Shown here: one piece after another, positions 11,358-23,648 of the stretch
How positions within the stretch are numbered: position 1 is the first letter of the stretch
Layout of the letters: every line of letters begins with the position of its first letter
Source: Octopus sinensis
Taxonomy: Eukaryota
Assembly: GCF_006345805.1 (NCBI RefSeq)
Contig: NC_043004.1
Location: forward strand, 57,970,001-58,034,000
Reading direction: 5' to 3'
Length of the DNA: 64,000 bases
The notes under the pieces: generated by a model
The model's database searches: none
The model's input: the letters and a program-made list of their open reading frames with translations, nothing else
What the model was told of the DNA's origin: nothing
Program-made: the position numbers and the translations under genes

Positions 11358-11365
11358 ATATATAC
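10980..11365. repeat. (TA)n/(TATG)n microsatellite
   Basis: Read directly from the sequence. Confidence 0.95.
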
Positions 11366-11782
11366 GTTGTACTTATGAACATACGTTTAGTAATATAGAA
11401 GAACATGTCCATCATAAAAGTCTTTGAAATCTTCTTGCATTCGTATATCAAATATTTTCTCGATGTGTCATGTTTGGCGTGAATTTACAGCTTTTAATAA
11501 AGAAAAATAGCATTTCTAGAATCAGTTACTGTAATCTGCCCAGTGTGGAGATTAGCACAGAAATGATATACAGAAAAAATTTTATGATATTTTTGTTTTT
11601 TCATACAGAAACTTGTTGTACAGTTATCAAATATTGTATTTTTCATTTTTTTTTTTTTTTCTTGTTGGAGTATCACTCTGATTCTGAATTCATAGTGATT
11701 GTTTTCAAAGTAAACTTTTCCTTCCTGGCGTATGTTTGAAGTAACAATCAATAATGTAATTATAGATGCTCTCTTTAACTCT

Positions 11783-12187
11783 CTCTTTTACTCTTTTACT
11801 TGTTCCAGTCATTTGACTGCGGCCATGCTGGAGCACCGCCTTTAATCGAGCAAATCGACCCCGGGACTTATTCTTTTGTAAGCCCAGTACTTATTCTATC
11901 GGTCTCTTTTGCCGAACCGCTAAGTAACGGGGACATAAACACACCAGCATCTGTTGTCAAGCAATGCTAGGGGGACAAACACAGATACACAAACACGCAC
12001 ACGCATATATATATATATATATACATATATACGACAGGCTTCTTTTCAGTTTCCATCTACCAAATCCACTCACAAGGCATTGGTCGGCCCGGGGCTATAG
12101 CAGAAGACACTTGCCCAAGGTGCCACGCAGTGGGACTGAACCCGGTACCATGTGGTTGGTAAACAAGCTACTTACCACACAGCCACT
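11783..12187 (-). mobile_element. SINE family A
   Basis: Reverse complement of the family A consensus. Confidence 0.9.
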
Positions 12188-12374
12188 GCATCAATCCTTC
12201 TTAAAAACATCTTAATACATTGTCAAGTGAGACTGTTGGCTTTTAGTGTTTTGATTCTTCGACTTAGCTTATGTAATGTTTATTAACAAATGTAGCATCT
12301 CGTGTCCAGTGTCTTGGTGAAGTGGTTTTGCTGGGGTTTTTTTGTTTGTTTGTTTGTGTGTTTTTTTGTTTTGT

Positions 12375-12870
12375 TTTTTTATTTAACTTACTGCAGAAAG
12401 GGTCTGTAACCATAACCCTTTTGGGCCCTGAAGACCAATTAGATTAACATTGTGAATGTTCCGTAAGATAATGAGCAGAGAGGTTTCAGAGCACCACCAT
12501 TAAGGAAAGGAAAGGAAGGACAGAAGGAAGGAAGGAAGGAAGGAAGGTAGTGGTTAGTGTAGGGCCTAAGGAATTGGACAAAGCAATACTGATGACATGA
12601 GCGGTGTCTGTAGCACCTGCACAAAGAAGTGAAGAAGACCAAAGACCAGCTAACTCCGAGAAACAGATGAGATTATAGTAGTGACCGAAATAACAGGGAT
12701 AGTCGGCTGCACGCCTGTGGCCAGGGTATGGATCATGTTATGTAAGAGGTTGATGCATATCATCAGAACGGCATTTCTCTGGATGCGATCCAGGATATCT
12801 GTAAGTATAGCAACAGCATTATCCTGAATATGAAATCGATATTTTACTGAGCTGATCTGATTAAGTAACA
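12375..12870 (-). pseudogene. Decayed LINE 3' end (CR1/Jockey-group RT C-terminus)
   Basis: HIQDNAVAILTDILDRIQRNAVLMI...HTLA/RRAADYPCYFGHYYNLICFSELAG resembles HIWxxA..LDRIQRRA...L.HRR....FYRYY.G.CSSEL. A-rich end near 12375. Confidence 0.75.
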
Positions 12871-12959
12871 CTTTAGCGCACTAAAATAAAATATATTAAT
12901 GAATTCCTATAACAGTTTATTCGTAGTGTTAGACAAAAATATACATTCTGTGCATATAA

Positions 12960-13358
12960 TCTTTATATATAAAAGTGAGGTTGTGTGCTGTCTGTCTCCT
13001 ACGATTTAGATTCCTAACTACTCCCACATTTTGTGGTGCAGTTTAACCAAAACCGGGTATCTAATAGTCGTGATTCCTATCGAGCCCTTCTGGGTATTAG
13101 TGCGCGTCTACGATGAGTCTACGATTTAAAAAAAAAATTACCATCAATTTTTTCCATTTTTAATGCATTTTTGGCATATATAAGGGTAGTAACTCTCTAA
13201 AAGTTTATTATTAAATCTCAGAACGTAAAAAGCTACAGTAACACCCCCCCCCCTTTGTGGTTAACCATATTGAGATGGCTATTATACTTTACATCTCTAA
13301 AAATGCTTATATAGTTATTTCCCTTACAAACCCGAGCAACGCCGGGCGACACTGCTAG
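12960..13358 (+). mobile_element. Non-autonomous Helitron-like element, copy 2
   Basis: a|TCTTTATATATAAAAG...cccgagcaacgccgggcgacactgCTAG|t. Confidence 0.88.
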
Positions 13359-13677
13359 TAGTTTATAAACAAAACAACTTGAATTATTAATAATTTATCA
13401 TTGGTCCTACATGTGTAATTATTGTAGCAAATGTCCATAGAATTAGCATTTGTTGCCCTGTAATGTTTTGGTTGCTAGCCTTCAGGAAGTTTTCAAATAT
13501 TTTAAGAAAATGCTGCTGATAGATGTTACAGTGGAAGGATTATTAATGTATTTTGCCTATACTTGGCCTAATATTGACAACGCTTATATCGCCATCCATG
13601 TCACTTTCGTAAGAACAATACATACATCGTTGATGTAACGTTTATTTCAAACATGTTTACGCATCTCCTTTTAATAA

Positions 13678-14270
13678 CTGGCAGAAACGTTAGCACGCCG
13701 GGCGAAATGCTTAGCGGTATTTCGTCTGCCGTTACGTTGTGAGTTCAAATTCCGCCGAGGTCGACTTTGCCTTTCATCCTTTCGGGGTCGATAAATTAAG
13801 TACCAGTTACGCACTGGGGTCGATGTAATCGACTTAATACCTATGTCTGTCCTTGTTTGTCCCCCTCTGTGTTTAGCCCCTTGTGGGTAATAAAGAAATA
13901 GGTATTTCGTCTGCCGTTACGTTGTGAGTTCAAATTCCGCCGAGGTCGACTTGTCTTTCATCCTTTCGGGGTCGATAAATTAAGTACCAGTTACGCACTG
14001 GGGTCGATGTAATCGACTTAATACTATGTCTGTCCTTGTTTGTCCCCTCTGTGTTTAGCCCCTTGTGGGTAATAAGAAATAGGTATTTCGTCTGCCGTTA
14101 CGTTGTGAGTTCAAATTCCGCCGAGGTCGACTTTGCCTTTCATCCTTTCGGGGTCGATAAATTAAGTACCAGTTACGCACTGGGGTCGATGTAATCGACT
14201 TAATACCTATGTCTGTCCTTGTTTGTCCCCCTCTGTGTTTAGCCCCTTGTGGGTAATAAAGAAATAGGTA
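13678..14270 (+). mobile_element. SINE family B, head-to-tail trimer (units start at 13716, 13901, 14082; about 181-185 bp)
   Basis: tRNA-like head ctggcagaaacgttagc...gagttcaaattcc. Central gcctttcatcctttcggggtcgataaattaagtacc resembles the MetaSINE/Sauria-SINE-type core as I recall it. Confidence 0.9.
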
Positions 14271-15392
14271 AATATATTAGTTGATCTTATAAGTTTTAGT
14301 TGTGCATTCTACTTCGACGAAAACTTAGCAAGTATTAGACATATTGGTCGATTGACTTTATCTGATATGCATTTGTGAATGTGTGTGTGAAACCACATGT
14401 CAACTCGTGATCAAGAAAATAATAGATGGTACATAACATGACGGACAAGCAACCAAGACTCACTCACGAATCTACTGTGCAGGTAAACTACGTTTCCGCG
14501 TAACTGAGAGTCATACTACACAACCCAGATCCAGCATGCGGTGGCAGAGTTACAGTTTAGACATGTTATGCTCGCCCTACTGATTAATCTATTTTTGTAT
14601 ACGTATAGACTCTGATGGCTGCATTATCATACTCGAGAAAGATGGAATCTACCATTCTGCAGCATTGCGGTGTGAATCACACTACAGTACTCGAGGACAA
14701 ATGATGCTATAGTTACTGCAGCTATTTTTCTGTATGTGTGATTATAATTAAAAACAGTAGAAGCACGTATATCTGAGTTGAACAACTTCTATTACTTAAG
14801 GTTATTCAAGCAATTCATTAAACGAAAGCTTCGTCGCTGGTTGTTTTAAACCTAAAACAAAAGAGCAATCAAGAAAGGAAACTTCGATAAGAACAATTAA
14901 ACGAAATTTTTGGACAATATATAGACAGTCTAAATTGAAGTTTGAAATCAGTGGGAGTAATAGAGTCTCTGACTGTTGGTGGTGGCGATTTGCCGATGGT
15001 TAATCTTGATAAGGCAGATCTATGATCAAATCGCTTTAACCATGACGATCCTATCTTATTTTCGTTCAAACTTTTTAGAGCGGCATTACTGAATGTGTCC
15101 TTTCCTTTTGATGATGGCAATGTGTGATTTGAGGTGCTATTTGCTACTACTTCTAACAAATTGAGATTTTGCTGTTTTCGTTATTGTTATCGCTATTGTT
15201 TTTAGTGGTAATCGTTGTTGTTCTATACTGTGTTATCAGGGTTTCAATAAATCGTTGCTATTGTTGCTGTGAAATAATAGTAAAGAGGTTGGTAGAACGC
15301 ACGAAACACCAGAGTAAGCACTGAAATTGATAGAATCAATCATACTCATTTCTCATACATATTTGTAAACTTGTGCAATCATCATCATCATC

Positions 15393-15454
<62 letters not shown>

Positions 15455-15462
15455 TTTTATTA

Positions 15463-15770
15463 AGGCAGCGAGTTGGCAGAATCGTTAGCACGCCGGGAAA
15501 AATGTTTAGTGGCATTTCGTCCGTCTTCACGTCGTGGTTGACTTTGCCTTTCATCCTTTAAGATCGATAAATTAAATATCAGTGAAACACTTAGCGAAAT
15601 GCTTAGCGATATTTCTTCCGGCCTTTTACATTCTGAGTTCAAATTCCACCGTGGTCTACTTAGCCTTTCATCCTTTCGGAGTCAATAAAGTAAGTACTGG
15701 TTGAGCACTGGGGTCGATGTAATTGACTTCACACAGAATCTCGGATCTAGTGCCAATAGTAGAAAGAATA
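15463..15770 (+). mobile_element. SINE family B, diverged dimer after an (ATT)n tract
   Basis: Two successive gcctttcatccttt..gtc.ataaa cores. Confidence 0.8.
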
Positions 15771-16137
15771 TATGTAAATTGGGAGAAAGTTTGATGAAGT
15801 GTGAGCATGAGTTGATATAAGTGACAATTCAATCCCGCAAAAAGTAAATGGAATACAGAAAATGAAATGAACTGATAGACAGAACTGAGAGAGAGAGAAG
15901 GAAGAGGAGAGCGAAGGGAGACTGAAAGCAATGTAGAATGTGAGAGACCTGAAAATGTATAAGAAACACTGGAAAATTGGAAGAGGGACATGATTGTTAC
16001 AGATGACGAAGAGACTGAGACATAGGTCAAGTTGAAATAGAGGAAATGGAAAAGTCTAACCAGAGTATGGACTTAATACTGATAGATAAAACAGACTTAT
16101 ACAGTTCTATATTTAAGAGATGAGGAATTATGTACGT

Positions 16138-16561
16138 TCTTTTACTCTTTTACTCTTTTACTTGTTTCAGTCATTTGACTGCGGCCATGCTGAAGCACCG
16201 CCTTTAGTCGAGCAAATCGACTCCGGAACTTATTCTTTGTAAGCCCAGTACTTATTCTATCAGTTTCTTTTGCCGAACCGCTAAGTGATGCGGACGTAAA
16301 CACACCAGCATCGGTTGTCAAGCAATGCTAGGGGGACAAACACAGACACACAAACACACACACACATACATACATATATATGTATATATACATATATACG
16401 ACAGGCTTCTTTCAGTTTCCGTCAATCAAATCCACTCACAAGGCATTGGTCGGCCCGGGGCTATAGCAGAAGACACTTGCCCAAGATGCCACGCAGTGGG
16501 ACTGAACCCGGAACCATGTGGTTGGTTAGCAAGCTACTTACCACACAGCCACTCCTGCGCC
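16138..16561 (-). mobile_element. SINE family A, full length
   Basis: Reverse complement of the family A consensus. Confidence 0.92.
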
Positions 16562-16656
16562 TATATTTACATTATTTACATTCGACGGATATTTTTTCTC
16601 ATCTTGTTTGTTGTTAACGCAACGTTTCGGCTATTGTACCCTCCGGCTTTCTTCAG

Positions 16657-16699
16657 ACACCTGATGAAGGGTGGAGGTATATCAGCCGAAACGTTGTGT
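16657..16699 (+). ncRNA. Minimal hammerhead ribozyme-like motif; a mirror core lies on the minus strand at 16617-16660
   Basis: acac-CTGATGA-agggtggaggtatatcagcc-GAAA-cgtt-gtgt. Minus strand: gtgt-CTGAAGA-aagccggagggtacaatagcc-GAAA-cgtt-gcgt. Confidence 0.7.
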
Positions 16700-17563
16700 T
16701 AACGACAAACAAGATGAGAAAAAATATCCGTCGAATGTAAATAATGTAAATAATGTATAAAACAGACTTATGTAAAGAAATTATGTAAATCTGAGCAGTG
16801 GAGGGGAAATGGATAGAAACAGTTTACGTACAGGTAGTGCAAAGCTTTGGTGAGAAGCATTAGAAAGTGGAAATCGAATCAACCTTTATTTGTCAGACAT
16901 TACCAAACATTGCGCTATGATCTTTTCGAAAAACAATTTATTGATTTTGTCTGCAAATAGAAAAAATCTTGATAAATTGTTAAAGAAATAATTTGCTAAA
17001 ACAGCAAAATCTTTTGCAGACAAAGATAAGCTTATACGTGTGTTATTGAATCTTTTCGAAATCAGAAAAAAGGTAATTTAAACACAAGAGCTTTTCTGTC
17101 AACAACAACAAAAATCCGTTTACCTTAGTAAGGAAAGGGAAAAATTCTATTCTGTATTCAGTTATTTTGTAACAGTGATAATTAGAATTCAGCTGTGAAA
17201 TCATATTTAATCTGTTATGTATTTCTTTTATGCTTAATGAAAATTACAAAATTCTAATCACGTATACGTATTTCAGTCTAAACTGGACTTCTTCAGTGTG
17301 ATATCGAATTTAAGACTATGATAACCGAGGTAGTTACAGTTTTTGTCTTTTGCTTTTGTTCTGTTTTTCAATTCAGAAAAGCAATGTTACCATTTATATT
17401 AACTGCGAAATGAATTTCAATTAATATTGCTGCGAAGTAACTAAGCATGGAATATACTTTCTTCCACCTTTATCGCGCTAAAAGAAAATACATGGACTTA
17501 TCGAAAATGATGCTTATCAAATGGCATCTAGGCACCATTTAACATCATTAATAGTAGGATCGT

Positions 17564-17958
17564 GTGGAGGCGCAATGGCCCAGTGGTTAAGGCAGCGGAC
17601 TCGCGGTCGTAGTATCGCGGTTTCGATTCCCAGACCGGGCGTTGTGAGTGTTTATTGAGCGAAAACACCTAAAGCTCCACGAGGCTCCAGCGGGGGATGG
17701 TGGTGATCCCTGCTGTACTCTTTCACCACAACTTTCTCTCACTCTTACTTCCTGTTTCTGTTGTACCTGTATTTCAAAGGGCCGGCCTTGTCACTCTCTG
17801 TGTCACGCTGAATATCCCCGAGAACTACGTTAAGGGTGCACATGTCTGTGGAGTGCTCAGCCACTTACACGTTAATTTCACGAGCAGGCTGTTCCGTTGA
17901 TCGGATCAACCGGAACCCTCGTCGTCGTAACCGACGGAGTGCTTCCTTCCATCCATCC
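17564..17958 (+). mobile_element. SINE family C (tail type 1), full length with an 11-bp TSD
   Basis: tRNA-like head gtggaggcgcaatggcccagtggttaa...ggtttcgattccc. TSD agtaggatcgt at 17553-17563 and 17959-17969. (TCCA)n-like end. Confidence 0.92.
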
Positions 17959-18610
17959 AGTAGGATCGTTAAACTACCACGGTGTGACATAGTCTCTTGT
18001 ATGCAAAATAGCTTTAAAAAGTGTGAGAAAATGGTATATCTTGCTCGCCTCAATGCACGCGCGCACGCAAGATTGTGAGGCAGCCCATGAACAAAAGAAA
18101 GCGTCTTGAATAGAGGACTGCTTTTTTTCTTCTTTTTCTTTTGAGTTTGAAAAAGAGACAAAATATCATCAAACCCTTCGCATTTTCTTTAATTTAGTTG
18201 CGTATATATTTTTGGGTGAGAGAGATAGACAGACGGGGAAAAAGAGAGAGATGGGAAGAGAAAGAGATAGAAAGTGAAAGAGAGATGCCGTTATTATTTT
18301 TGTTTTGCCCGAACTTCAGTGCCTCATAATACCGCGTTTAAGGCTGTTCTTTTTCGGTCTAGTCCAAAATTCTCCAATATATTGTTTTAGAAGGTAAGCT
18401 TTACGCACGCAGGTTGTATAGCCATATAGATACTTCCTCGTTTAAGCGAAAAAGAAAAGTTATCTTAGAAATTAAATCATCTTACGCTATTTTGTGATAT
18501 TGATGGTCATGTGAATAATAATACATTGACTTATATTCATCACCTTCATCAACATATATTGTAACATAATTCATTACATACACACAGACACACACACATA
18601 CATGTGCGTG

Positions 18611-18642
<32 letters not shown>

Positions 18643-18672
18643 TGTAGGTATGTGTGTATGTGTGTATATATA

Positions 18673-18880
18673 TATAATCAAAATAAACAATAAGGATATC
18701 CACAGCTAATGCAGTACGATCGTTTCATGCCACTCCATTTACTGCACTACCTCTGGATATCCTTGTTGCTTATTTTGATTATAATCACCCCATTTTGAAT
18801 TATATGGATAATACCATACTAAATTCTGGTGCATTTAACTTAAGTACCATATTCAACTGAATCTAAATTTTTACTGAATT
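18673..18880. mobile_element. Fold-back element, same family as 22029 and 22974; half of a hammerhead motif on the minus strand
   Basis: tataatcaaaataa...ttattttgattata inverted repeat (18673-18783). Minus strand ggcatGAAAcgatcgTActgca. Shared tail gataataccatact...attcaactgaatct. Confidence 0.7.
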
Positions 18881-19390
18881 TATATATATATTTCTATGTA
18901 TATATCTATATGTATGTATGTAAGTGTGTGTGTTTGTGTGTATAATGTTGTATACAAATTTCGTCGCTCGTTAAACAATGCTAAAATTAACCTTTTTATC
19001 AATTTGTATACTACATAGTGTTGACCATATCTTATAGAATATATCGTCAATTAGTTTGAAATCTTTTTAAACGCACAGGATAGAGAAGTATTACAAAATC
19101 AATACTGAATCTTTGCCTGAATTTTGCACTATAACCTTTATGCAAAAATTTTGCTTTATACGAAATATTTTGCATTTGCGCCTGTCAGGAAACGGCGGGG
19201 AAAATATCTTGATAGGTTGTTAAGGAAGCAACTGGCTAAAGACAACTGAAGTTGTTTTTATTTCATTTTTTCCATCCTTACAACATGCCTAGGCCTTTAC
19301 TATCTTTATTTTGTAATTTATTATTGTTTTAATAACTAATTATAATTTTAATGCTTGTTTATATTGTACACACACCACCTCTATAAGTAA

Positions 19391-19690
19391 TCTTTATATA
19401 TAAAAGTAAGGTTGTGTGTCTGTCTCCTACGATTTAGATTCCTAACTACTCCCACAGTTTGCGGTGCAGTTTAACCAAAACCGGGTATCTTATAGTCGTG
19501 ATTCCTATCGAGCCCTTCTGGGTATTAGCGCGCGTCTACGATGAGTCTACGATTTAAAAAAAAAATTTACCATCATTTTTTTTCCATTTTAATGCATTTT
19601 TTCGCTATTAAATAAGGGAAGTAACTCTCTAAAAATGCTTATATAGTTATTTCCCTTACAAACCGGAGCAACTCCGGGCGATACTGCTAG
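19391..19690 (+). mobile_element. Non-autonomous Helitron-like element, copy 3
   Basis: a|TCTTTATATATAAAAG...gggcgatactgCTAG|t. Confidence 0.88.
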
Positions 19691-20588
19691 TATTACTATA
19701 AAGCTGTTACAGATTCTGTTAATAATGCTGCTATTAATTTGGCTAAATTCAATTTCTTTATTCTTAAATTTGCTAATTATGATAACGAAACCCATAAAGT
19801 ACTGTTCCCAGGCTTACTTTCCTATTTTCCTTCTAAGTTTTTCATCATGTAATTTTCAGCTCCGATAAATGTCCAATCCCATAGCTTTCAGTTCCTTTTC
19901 TTTTCTTTTTTTCGTTTTTTTTACATTTATTTGATAACACAAATTGAGTGAAAGAAAAGGAATTTTCTTTCTTTTATTTTATTTTTTTCTTGAAGTCTAA
20001 TCAGAGTAGCTATCGAGTTGCATGCAAGTAAAGAAATTTATCGCATAAGATTTGACTTCCTGGTCAAATCAATCCATTTGAGGTGATTTCATAACAATAC
20101 GAGCCAGGTCTTTCCGATGAGTTGCATTTAGTTTCAAAGCCATTTCAGTTAGCGCCCACACGAATGCTTCAAGTATCAATCTGGAATATTGAACGTAGCC
20201 ATTATGTACTGAACAATAAGCTTGACAATGAATACTTCCTCAAGCAATTCAGCTTTCATGTAGCGAAGGGAAAATTATAACTACACTAGGAAATTATCCT
20301 GGACAGCTTTCTTTCTTGGTGGTAAAGTAAATTATTAAGAAATGAGGGAAAAGAAAGACGATACATCAATTCAAAGGACCTTATAAAATATATAATAGTG
20401 ACATCCAGGCCAACAAATGCTATTTTAGTACGGGGGGGGTGTAGTACACGACTTTCACTTTCTTATCTTATATGTTACATAGTTTGCGCTTGTTTTAATC
20501 TCAGGCACACACAGACACACAAACATAGGCACGCACACACACACATGCGCACACATACACACACAAACACATACGCGCGCATATATAA

Positions 20589-20633
<45 letters not shown>

Positions 20634-20900
20634 TGTGTGTATGTGTGTGTGTATGTCACCTTCTGTTCCTCCCCCTCCAAATACACACAGAAATGCCGAC
20701 ATAACCCGTTTGACCTTCATACTGGCAAAAAGAGAATGATATATCGCCTAAAGAAATGAATCAATGATGGTAATTAACCAAACGCCCACGGATACTACGG
20801 ATTACATTGTAATCATCCCAGAAATATGGAGTATGATCTTAAAAGTCATGTGATTTGTGGAAATGTGCGTAGTGATGCATTAAATGACGTTATTGCTTTT

Positions 20901-20960
<60 letters not shown>

Positions 20961-20962
<2 letters not shown>

Positions 20963-21357
20963 CGCAGGAGTGGCTGTGTGGTAAGTAGCTTGCTAACCAA
21001 CCACATGGTTCCGGGTTCAGTCCCACTGCGTGGCATCTTGGGCTAGTGTCTTCTGCTATAGCCCCGGGTCGACCAATGCCTTGTGAGTGGATTTGGTAGA
21101 CGGAAACTGAAAGAAGCCTGTCGTATATATGTATATATATATATGTATGTGTGTGTGTGTTTGTCCCCCTAGCATTGCTTGACAGCCGATGCTGGTGTGT
21201 TTACGTCCCCGTAACTTAGCGGTTCGGCAAAAGATACCGATAGAATAAGTACTGGGCTTACAAAGAATAAGTCCCGGGGTCGATTTGATCGACTAGAGGC
21301 GGTGCTCCAGCATGGCCGCAGTCAAAATGACTGAAACAAGTAAAAGAGTAAAAGAGT
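20961..21357 (+). mobile_element. SINE family A, full length, next to (TA)n
   Basis: Matches the family A consensus. Confidence 0.92.
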
Positions 21358-21366
21358 ATATACGTG

Positions 21367-21615
21367 AAGGACTCTCCCGTCGTTAGACGACGTATCAGGG
21401 TCCAATAATTTCTTACCAAACAACCACACTCTCTCCATCAAATCGACATTACCTGTACAGGTGCAATGGGTTCACGTGTCAGATGTCGAAATTATCGCAG
21501 ATCAACGTGAAATGAAGTGCTTTGCTCAAAAACACAACGCATCGCCGCGTCTGGGAATCAAACCCACGATCTCGCAATCATGAGTGCAACACTTCAACCA
21601 CTAACACATGCACCA
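21367..21615 (-). mobile_element. Older tRNA-headed SINE (family D); related relics at about 42495-42610 and 45612-45812
   Basis: Minus-strand head with tagtggtt...ggtttgattcccaga. Tail cgtcgtctaacgacgggag resembles family C tail type 1. Confidence 0.65.
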
Positions 21616-21727
21616 TATATATATATATATATATAATATAGGATAAAATTTTTCGAAAAAAATTCTATCAATGGCCAGCATATTAAAAAATACTTTTAAA
21701 GGTTAAATATATATATATATAATATAT

Positions 21728-21763
<36 letters not shown>

Positions 21764-22130
21764 CTCTTTTATTCTTTTAATTGTGTCGGTCATTTGACTG
21801 CGGCCATGCTGGAGCACAGCTTTTAGTTGAATAAATCGAACCCAGGACTTATTTTTTGTAAGCATAGTACTTACACTATCGGTCTCTTTTGCCGAACCGC
21901 TAAGTTACTGGGACGTAAACACACCAAGATTGGTTGCCAAGCGATAGTGGAGGACGAACCCAGACACTCACACACACACAAGCACACGCACACACACACA
22001 CATATATATATATATATACTTATATATATATAATCAAAATAACCAACAGGTTATCATGTAGTAATGTAGTTCGACCGTTTCAAGCGATATGTCTACCATG
22101 CTTTTACTCTGTCAAAATATTACTTACTTG

Positions 22131-22216
22131 TGCAGCTGAAGATGGCACTGCATCTAAATTGATGTAATGATTGCATTGTTCAGTTAAATGGAGCCGCTTG
22201 AAACGTTCGTACTGCA
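22131..22216 (+). ncRNA. Hammerhead ribozyme-like motif with a long stem II (duplicate at 23077-23162)
   Basis: tgcag-CTGAAGA-tggcactgcat...atggagccgctt-GAAA-cgttcg-TA-ctgca. Stem I is perfect; GUA triplet. Confidence 0.7.
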
Positions 22217-22344
22217 TTACTACTTGATATTCTTTTGCTTATTATGTTGCTTCGAGCTGTGCAGATAATACCATACTGACTTGGTGCTTCAACTTAACTA
22301 CATAATTCAACTGAATCTTAAACACACACACATATATATAAATA

Positions 22345-22646
22345 TATATCACCTGATCACGTGACCGACCAGACCATGAGATGTTGTTACACATCGCTGG
22401 TCACAATGTGTTCGTATTGTTTTAGCCTTCGAATGACGCCACCCCGCTGGCTAAGCGAGCAGGCCAACAGACGAAAGAGTGAGAGAAAGAGTGGTGAAAG
22501 AGTACAGCAGGGAGCACCACCCCCTGTCGGAGCCTCGTGGAGCTTTTAGGTGTTTTCGCTCAATAAACACACACAACGCCCATTCTGGGAATCGAAACTG
22601 CGATCCTTCGACCGCGAGTTCGCTGCCCTAACCATTGCGCCTCCAC
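22345..22646 (-). mobile_element. SINE family C (tail type 2); duplicate at about 23293-23596
   Basis: Family C head with the tail ...gtgaccagcgatgtgtaacaacatct...ggtcggtcacgtgatca. Confidence 0.88.
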
Positions 22647-22649
22647 ATA

Positions 22650-22708
<59 letters not shown>

Positions 22709-23648
22709 CTCTTTTATTCTTTTAATTGTGTCGGTCATTTGACTGCGGCCATGCTGGAGCACAGCTTTTAGTTGAATAAATCGAACCCAGGACTTATTTT
22801 TTGTAAGCATAGTACTTACACTATCGGTCTCTTTTGCCGAACCGCTAAGTTACTGGGACGTAAACACACCAAGATTGGTTGCCAAGCGATAGTGGAGGAC
22901 GAACCCAGACACTCACACACACACAAGCACACGCACACACACACACATATATATATATATATACTTATATATATATAATCAAAATAACCAACAGGTTATC
23001 ATGTAGTAATGTAGTTCGACCGTTTCAAGCGATATGTCTACCATGCTTTTACTCTGTCAAAATATTTACTTACTTGTGCAGCTGAAGATGGCACTGCATC
23101 TAAATTGATGTAATGATTGCATTGTTCAGTTAAATGGAGCCGCTTGAAACGTTCGTACTGCATTACTACTTGATATTCTTTTGCTTATTATGTTGCTTCG
23201 AGCTGTGCAGATAATACCATACTGACTTGGTGCTTCAACTTAACTACATAATTCAACTGAATCTTAAACACACACACATATATATAAAAATATATCACCT
23301 GATCACGTGACCGACCAGACCATGAGATGTTGTTACACATCGCTGGTCACAATGTGTTCGTATTGTTTAGCCTTCGAATGACGCCACCCCGCTGGCTAAG
23401 CGAGCAGGCCAACAGACGAAGAGTGAGAGAAAGAGTGGTGAAAGAGTACAGCAGGGAGCACCACCCCCTGTCGGAGCCTCGTGATCTTTTTGGAGCTTTA
23501 GGTGTTTCGCTCAATAAACACCACAACGCCATTCTGGGAATCGAAACTGCGATCCTTCGACCGCGAGTTCGCTGCCCTAACCATTGCGCCTCCACATATG
23601 CATATATATATATATGATATATATATATATATTATATATATATATATA

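Larger units (their letters stand above)
16101..16756. mobile_element. PLE-type fold-back insertion with a 15-bp TSD and a nested SINE A
   Basis: ataaaacagacttat at 16086-16100 and 16757-16771. Inverted repeat at 16564-16752. SINE A on the minus strand at 16138-16561. Confidence 0.8.
21763..23605. repeat. Near-identical tandem duplication, period about 945-950 bp (SINE A 3' half + fold-back element + SINE C)
   Basis: 21763-22655 versus 22708-23605. Both units are bounded by (TA)n. Confidence 0.95.

Noticed and set aside
13716-14270. Regular repeats superficially like a CRISPR array or satellite
   Set aside because: Units are whole ~185-bp SINE bodies with no unique spacers, in a eukaryotic context with no cas genes.
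17564-17640. tRNA gene-like sequence (also the heads of families A, B and D)
   Set aside because: A/B-box-like heads run straight into SINE bodies with TSDs; no complete acceptor stem is evident.
20045-20280. About 60 open codons on the plus strand; minus strand WALTEMALKLNATHRKDLARIV
   Set aside because: No splice support. The minus peptide only faintly resembles an RTE RT C-terminus and is too weak to call.
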